Below, piece after piece: positions 56,888-64,000 of a stretch of DNA of 64,000 nucleotides. The position numbers and the translations under genes are program-made. This stretch comes from the human T2T-CHM13v2.0 reference genome, Homo sapiens. The notes under the pieces were generated by a model. The model did not search any database and was not told where the DNA came from. It saw only the letters and a program-made list of their open reading frames with translations. Location of the stretch: assembly GCF_009914755.1 (NCBI RefSeq), contig NC_060925.1; one strand, given 5' to 3'. Numbering within the stretch: the stretch's first letter is position 1; every line of letters starts with the position of its first letter.

Positions 56888-57826
56888 ATGGAAAATTACA
56901 ATCAAACATCAACTGATTTCATCTTATTGGGGCTGTTTCCACCATCAAGAATTGACCTTTTCTTCTTCATTCTCATTGTTTTCATTTTCCTGATGGCTCT
57001 AATTGGAAACCTGTCCATGATTCTTCTCATCTTCTTGGACACCCATCTCCACACACCCATGTATTTCCTACTGAGTCAGCTCTCCCTCATTGACCTAAAT
57101 TACATCTCCACCATTGTTCCTAAGATGGCATCTGATTTTCTGCATGGAAACAAGTCTATCTCCTTCACTGGGTGTGGGATTCAGAGTTTCTTCTTCTTGG
57201 CATTAGGAGGTGCAGAAGCACTACTTTTGGCATCTATGGCCTATGATCGTTACATTGCTATTTGCTTTCCTCTCCACTATCTCATCCGCATGAGCAAAAG
57301 AGTGTGTGTGCTGATGATAACAGGGTCTTGGATCATAGGCTCGATCAATGCTTGTGCTCACACTGTATATGTACTCCATATTCCTTATTGCCGATCCAGG
57401 GCCATCAATCATTTCTTCTGTGATGTCCCAGCAATGGTGACTCTGGCCTGCATGGACACCTGGGTCTATGAGTGCACAGTGTTTTTGAGCACCACCATTT
57501 TTCTCGTGTTTCCCTTCATTGGTATTTCATGTTCCTGTGGCCAGGTTCTCTTTGCTGTCTACCGCATGAAATCTGCAGAAGGGAGGAAGAAAGCCTATTT
57601 GACCTGCAGCACCCACCTCACTGTAGTAACTTTCTACTATGCGCCTTTTGTCTACACTTATCTACGTCCAAGATCCCTGCGATCTCCAACAGAGGACAAG
57701 GTTCTGGCTGTCTTCTACACCATCCTCACCCCAATGCTCAACCCCATCATCTAAAGCCTGAGGAACAGGGAGGTGATGGGGGCCCTGACACGAGTGAGTC
57801 AGAGAATCTGCTCTGTGAAAATGTAG
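56888..57826 (+). pseudogene. OR2L8: OR2L8, null allele: TAA at codon 289 (57752-57754); original stop TAG at 57824-57826
   Basis: 288-aa ORF ends PMLNPII*; frame continues SLRNREVMGALTRVSQRICSVKM* to give a 312-codon OR. Confidence 0.92.
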
Positions 57827-58494
57827 AAACACTTTCTGCCTAAGGTCTAAGGACTCAGATACACATCCATTCAGCAGTGTATAGTAATTAAAATATTATG
57901 TCCTTCCTAGAGTGCAGGACTAAAACTAACCAAGGGAAGAAGAAAATCACTGATATATGGACAAAATTGTTTTACAAATATATATATAATTCTAAGAAAC
58001 CTTTTTTCTTGATGGCCTTTTTCCAAAAATTTTGAAAGTACATATTTTTGCTAATATGTTGTCAATAAGAATGTTTTTTTTTTGGTCACGCAGAAATGAA
58101 AATGAAAATGGCCTAACTGAAGTTGGCACTCAGCATAACAATTTTATTATTGTCAATTTATTTTCCAGTAATTAAATTTTTTTTTTGGTTATGTCTAAAA
58201 CAAAACCAAAAATCTCTTGACTTGGTGGATCTAATTGAAAGCCATAAGATGTTTTCTGTTTCTTATCTTAGACACTTAACATACCATTTACTCTTTCTTT
58301 CAATTTAGGGGGACTTATTATTACTGAGATTTAGCAGAAGGCTCATCAGTGGTTCTTAAGTCCTGATACCACTCTGGATGGCCTATGACAAGTTTATGCT
58401 TTCTGTAGTGGAATGAATCCCAGGGAAATGATTTAACATCAGGTAAATTTTAGATCAACAACAAGTATTGGAAGATGCCATCAGTGATCAAGAA

Positions 58495-59500
58495 TGATTA
58501 CACTTAGGTCTTTAACCCATTTTATGTTGATTTTGGTATAGTGTAAGAATTGGGAGTTTACTTTCATTTTTCTGCATATGGATATCCAGTTTTACAAGCA
58601 CCTTATATTGAAGAGACTGTCAGTTTCCCAATAAATGTTCTTGGCATTGTTGTCAGATATCATTTAACTATGTCAGGCACAGAAAGATAGATTTTGCATG
58701 TTCTCACTCCTACCTAGGACCTAAAAATTTTAAAAATTGAGCTAATAGAAATAGATAATAGACTGGTGGTCACCAGAGGATCGGAAGGGTATAGAGGAGG
58801 GGGAATAAAGTGGGGACGGTTAATGGTTGTAAAAATATAGATAGCACGAATAAGAGCCAGTATGTGGTAGCACAACAGAGTGACTGTAGCAAACAATAAT
58901 TCATTGTAGAATATATTATATATATTAAAAAATAACTGAAAGTTTGGAATTGGAATGTTCCCAACAGAGAGAAATGATACATATTTGGGGTGCTGGTTAT
59001 CCCAATTACCCTGATTTGATCATTACACATTGTACGTGTTTATCAAAACATCACATACACTCTATAATTACATATTACTATTATGTATCCATAGTGATTA
59101 AAAATAAAAAAATTAAATCAGTTAGCTAGAGATACATGGATTTATTGCTGAATTCTCTGTTCTGTGTCATTGTTCTATGCATCTGTTTTTATGCCAGTAC
59201 TATTCTGTTTTGATTACTACATCTTTGTAGTATAGTTTGAAGTTTGCTACTGTTATGCTTCCAGCTTTGCTCTTTTTTTCAGGATTGATTTGGCTGTTTG
59301 GGGTCTTTCATAGTTCATACAAATCTTAGAATTGTTTTTACTATTTATGTGCAGATGTCATTGGTATTTTGACAGACATTGCATTGAATCTGAGGTTTGG
59401 TCATTTAAATAATATTAATTCTTCCAATCCATGAGCATTGGATGTCTTTCGATTTGTTTGTATTCTTCTTCATTTCCTTTCATCAGTATTTTGTAGAAAT
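58495..59500 (-). mobile_element. Old L1 ORF2 fragment (-) interrupted by an L1MA 3' end (+, about 58670-59113)
   Basis: Antisense ORF2 motifs on both sides of a sense 3' UTR ending AAAATAAAAAA. Confidence 0.8.
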
Positions 59501-59994
59501 AAATTCTATTGTTCTCTTCTATGACTAAAGTTAACAGTAAAGTATTACATAGTTAAAATTCTTGAAATGCTCTTTAACATCATTTCTATTTCTAAGCCTG
59601 TGGATATTTGTTTTGCAATGTTGTTGCAGTTAAAACACACATTTTGAACTTGTCTTATGAATCAGAGTAAGTCCTTTTTGTGTTTTGCTGCAATGAGCAG
59701 TGTATATTTTTATTTTGTAATAGTTTGCTAACAATGTTTACTGCTAATCTTCCTGGCTTTTTCTTTTCTGATATTCAATGAATACAACAGGCGTGGGCTC
59801 TGGGACAGAGGGAAAATAGGCATCCCATCAGCAGTCACTTGCTGCTGCCAGGGCAAGCACCTCCTCTCTTCCAAGCTAGGGACACTTGGACCCTACTGCC
59901 ACCTGCACTGCTGCTTCTGTCATCACCATCAATATGAGCCCAGGCATACCCCAGACACTGCTTGGGTCCTGTGGTGCTGTGAAGTATTACAAGA

Positions 59995-60025
<31 letters not shown>

Positions 60026-60337
60026 GCGTGCGTGTGCGCATGAGAAGACCAGGCCAATTGCCCCATGTGGTTGTTGCCTGAGCCCACTTGTGTAGTCACT
60101 ACCAGTGGACCCAAACTGCGTGCTAACACTGCCAGCCTGTCTAGCTCCTCTATCACATTCATACTCCGAGATGAAATTATTAGATATTTCAATGACAACA
60201 GAAGAGCATGAAACCATGCATGGAGCCCTTTGAGTGTGAACCCTGTGCATATGCCCGTGAGGCCAGTCCTGAGAAGGATGGAAAGAGTGGACAGGAAGTG
60301 AATGACATCATGCAGTCTAGGATAGTGGTGGGAATGT

Positions 60338-60728
60338 GTGATGGTCTGAGTGTTTGTATCCTCTGAAAATCTATATGTTTAAATCTAAACCCCTAAAATG
60401 AGAGTATTAGGAGTAGGGGCCTTTTGGGAAATGATTAGGTCATGAGGGTAGCACCTTCTTGAATAAGATTAATGCCTTTCTAAAGGAGGCTCGAGGGAGC
60501 TTGTTCATCCCTTCTACCATGTGAGGTCACAGTAGACGGTGCCATCTATGATGTCATAGAAGCCACCATCTATGAACCAGAAAGCAAGATTTCTCCAGAC
60601 ACTGAATCTTCAGGTACCTTGTCTTGGACTTCCCAGCTTCCACACCTCTGAGAAATATGTTTCTGTTGTTTATAGGTTACCCCAGTTTAAGATATTTTTT
60701 CATAGCAGCTTGAATAGTCTAAGAATGT
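60338..60728 (+). mobile_element. MaLR LTR (MLT1A-like)
   Basis: TGTGATGGTCTGAGTGTTTGTATCCTCTGAAAAT...GGGGCCTTTTGGGAAATGATTAGGTCATGAGGG...TCTTGGACTTCCCAGC. Confidence 0.85.
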
Positions 60729-61601
60729 CTGCTGTTTTTGTTAATTATTATTATTGGAAAGAGCCTGAGGGAGGACTGAATTAAGCAATGGTGTCTGGTT
60801 CAGACCCTATACCCATTTCAGGTAGTGATTCATGGAGGGAATCAGGAGACCTAGCTCTGTGATTTTCTCTGACATACCATGGCCTTGGGGAAATCATTCC
60901 ATCTCTCTGAAGTTAGTTTACTGAAAAACAATATGGGTGCCTTGTACCTGATCAGTAAATGGCATCACTGACATTTACTGCTGACATTCCTGTAGAGGCA
61001 ATGGTAATCCTATTTTTCATGCCAATGACCCTGGGATTGGAGATAAAGAGGTCACCCCTCTAACACGCTGTCTTCACTTAGAGGCCACTCCTTTCCCCTT
61101 AAGGTCATTAAGAAGAACAACAGAAAAAGAAGTCAAATTATTCAAATCTACTGTCATTTGCTACATTGTTTATGAGAATGTACTCCAGATAATTTTGAAA
61201 GTTGGACGATAATTCCTCTTGGTGGGGAAATTAACGAATTCATTACCTCACAGAGTCCTTGGCTCACTGTTCATTGTGCCTCGTTTTAGCCATTGTTCTT
61301 TGTATGCAAATGTTATGCTGTGGTTATTATTTCGCACTTCACAGTCATTCTTTAATTGTTTCATGTCCTTAGACTAGGAGATGCAAATTTTATATCATGC
61401 GGTATCTATGTATCTATGTGGATTTCATAACATAGACTCTGTGCATTTAGAGATTTCTTATGTATTACATTAGCAAAATTTGATTTATGGAAAGGGACAT
61501 GAGTATTCTTTCTATTTTAAAGGATGAGTATCTTTCTCATCACAAGAAGCTGTGGTTCAATAGTCAAATAGAGCTGTGGTTCAATAGTCAAATAGGGTAA
61601 A

Positions 61602-62215
61602 TTGAAGGAATGAATGATATGCCATCCACAAATATGCTAAGTTGGCATATTTATTAGTTTGAGCTGAAAACATTGAAGAAATTTTGGTTAACATTAGAGG
61701 AAGAGGTTATCTGACCTGTCTTTTTTGGCATGCAGCAAGCTCTAAAGATTCCTCCAGGAGTCTTTGGTACATTCTAATACTCTTTCGGTACCCTCCCTGT
61801 AATGGAATATAAAATAGCCCTTATCACTACAGCCTGGGAATTGGGGGAATGCAGTGTACCTGAATAAATAAACTACCAGAATTAACTCTTATTTTTCACT
61901 ATCTTTACACCCCCATATACCTCCTAGGGACTCCCCTGGAATTTATGGTTTCGAGCCAGTGTCTCTTTTTTTTTTCTTTGTAATTTTTTCTGCAATTTAT
62001 CATTCTGTTTCTAAAAGTATAAAGACATCTTGCTTTGACCATTTATTTAGATTTCACACTCTTGTGAGGATTCCCATGTACATGTGAAATGCATAAAACT
62101 CATATGCTTTTCCTTCATTAATCCATCTTGTATCAATTTGTTTCCTAGACCTGGGCAGAAAGCTCACATAGGAGATAAAGCGGGTGAGGTGGAGGTGATC
62201 CCTCATGTTTCCACA
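61602..62215 (+). mobile_element. ERV1 solo LTR (MER34-like)
   Basis: TGAAGGAATGAATGATATGCCATCCACAAATATGC...TTTGAGCTGAAAACATTGA start; subfamily from recall. Confidence 0.65.
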
Positions 62216-62993
62216 GAAGTAATAAGTAGCTTCCTTTTGTAAGATTTATGTCAACCACCACTACTAAATTTTTTTTACTTGCCTTTTAAATCTGGAAAAA
62301 AATAGACAATGACTTTTAAAGGCTAAATATCTTTTCAATTACTGAATAATTATTCAGTACTTACAGCATGGTAAGAAAATGCAAAGATATATACATGGAT
62401 TCCACAAATTGGATGGAGGTCAATTTGACATTTGGGACTTAATCTCTGCTATTTTGTCTCATTACCACAAATTCAACATAAGATCCTTTTAATTTTGTCT
62501 GCTAAATATTTTAAAATACATTTATATTCCTAAATCCCTGGGATCACTGCCCTTACTTTTCATAGGGTTTTCTAGTTAAATTTAAACTGACATTAAAAAT
62601 CTGATTGTATCAATCAAGGTCCTTAATTGAAAGTGAAATATAAAATGTCTTTTCTTTTTTTTTTGATTTTTTGAGTACTGCTAGATTTAATTGCTAGTGA
62701 CTACAAAATTAGTAACTTATTTCATGTGTTTAAAAATGCAAAACTGAATTTCTACATAACAAGATAAGGAGGATAATCAGTGGATATTTAAAGCATGCCA
62801 ACGTTTTCATCATGTTCAGGAGGAAGATAAGAATACGACTTGAAAATTGCTAGAAAAAGATCATCATTATGTATACATTAAGACTTTCTCAAAATTACAA
62901 TTATGTATACAGTACGACTTCTATTTCTGACAGTATGTTGCACTAAATAACCTGAAATTTGCCATTCATTCATTCATTCAATATATATATATA

Positions 62994-64000
62994 TTTTTTT
63001 TACTTTAAGTTTTAGGGTACATGTGCATAACATGCAGGTTAGTTACATATGTATACATGTGCCATGTTGGTGTGCTGCACCCATTAACTCGTCATTTAAC
63101 ATTAGGTATATCTCCTAATGCTATCCCTCCCCCCTTCCCCCACCCCACAGCAGGCCCTGGTGTATGATGTTCCCCTTCCTGTGTCCATGTGTTCCCATTG
63201 TTCAATTCCCACCTATGAGTGAGAACATGCAGTGTTTGGTTTTTTGTCCTTGAGATAGTTTGCTGAGAACGATGGTTTCCAGCTTCATCCGTGTCCCTAC
63301 AAAGGACATGAACTCATCTTTTTTTATGGCTGCATAGTATTCCATGGTGTATATGTGCCACATTTTCTTAATCCAGTCTATCATTGTTGGACATTTGGGT
63401 TGGTTCCAAGTCTTTGCTATTGTGAATAGTGCCACAATAAACATACGTGTGCATGTGTCTTTATAGCAGCATGATTTATAATCCTTTGGGTATATACCCA
63501 GTAATGCGATGGCTGGGTCAAATGGTATTTCTACTTCTAGATCCCTGAGGAATTGCCACATTGACTTCCACAATGGTTGAACTAGTTTACAGTCCCATCA
63601 ACCGTGTAAAAGTGTTCCTATTTCTCCACATCCTCTCCAGCACCTGTTGTTTCCTGACTTTTTAATGATCACCATTCTAACTGGTGTGAGATGGTATCTC
63701 ATTGTGGTTTTGATTTGCATTTCTCTGATGGCCAGTGATGATGAGCATTTTTTCATGTCTTTTGGCTGCATAAATGTCTTCTTTTGAGAAGTGTCCGTTC
63801 ATATTCTTCGCCTGCTTTTTGATGGGATTGTTTTTTTCTTGTGAATTTGTTTGAGTTCATTGTAGATTCTGTATATTATTAGCCCTTTTTCAGATGAGTA
63901 GATTGCAAAAATTTTCTCCCATTGTGTAGGTTGCCTGTTCACTCTGATGGTAGTTTCTTTTGCTGTGCAGAAGCTCTTTAGTTTAATTAGATCCCATTTG
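62994..64000 (-). mobile_element. L1PA (relatively young) 3' end, runs off the window
   Basis: TACTTTAAGTTTTAGGGTACATGTGCA 3' terminus; ORF2 C-terminus WIKKMWHIYTMEYYAAIKKDEFMSF...FSLIGGN. Confidence 0.96.

Overview
Human (primate) genomic DNA that I recognise from the proteins as the chr1q44 olfactory-receptor cluster. On the + strand, in order, are intact OR2W3, OR2T8 and OR2AJ1, a 3'-only OR pseudogene fragment (OR2X1P-like), and an OR2L8 allele with a premature stop at the Tyr of NPxxY. Between them lie a complete LTR2-flanked Harlequin-type ERV1 provirus (- strand, both LTRs, tRNA-Glu PBS, PPT, 4-bp TSD), a SATR1-like satellite block with internal strand switches, and an antisense CLK3 processed pseudogene. 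The pseudogene's 5' half has become a CpG-rich island carrying two VNTRs built from former CLK3 coding sequence. The rest is Alu, L1, LTR and DNA-transposon remnants and microsatellites. I found no new protein-coding system. The best lead is the CLK3-retrocopy CpG island with its VNTRs, which from recall lies where the distal OR2L13 promoter is annotated; a neighbouring old duplication preserves its empty insertion site. Gene names, reference alleles and repeat subfamilies come from memory, not from database searches, and repeat boundaries are approximate.
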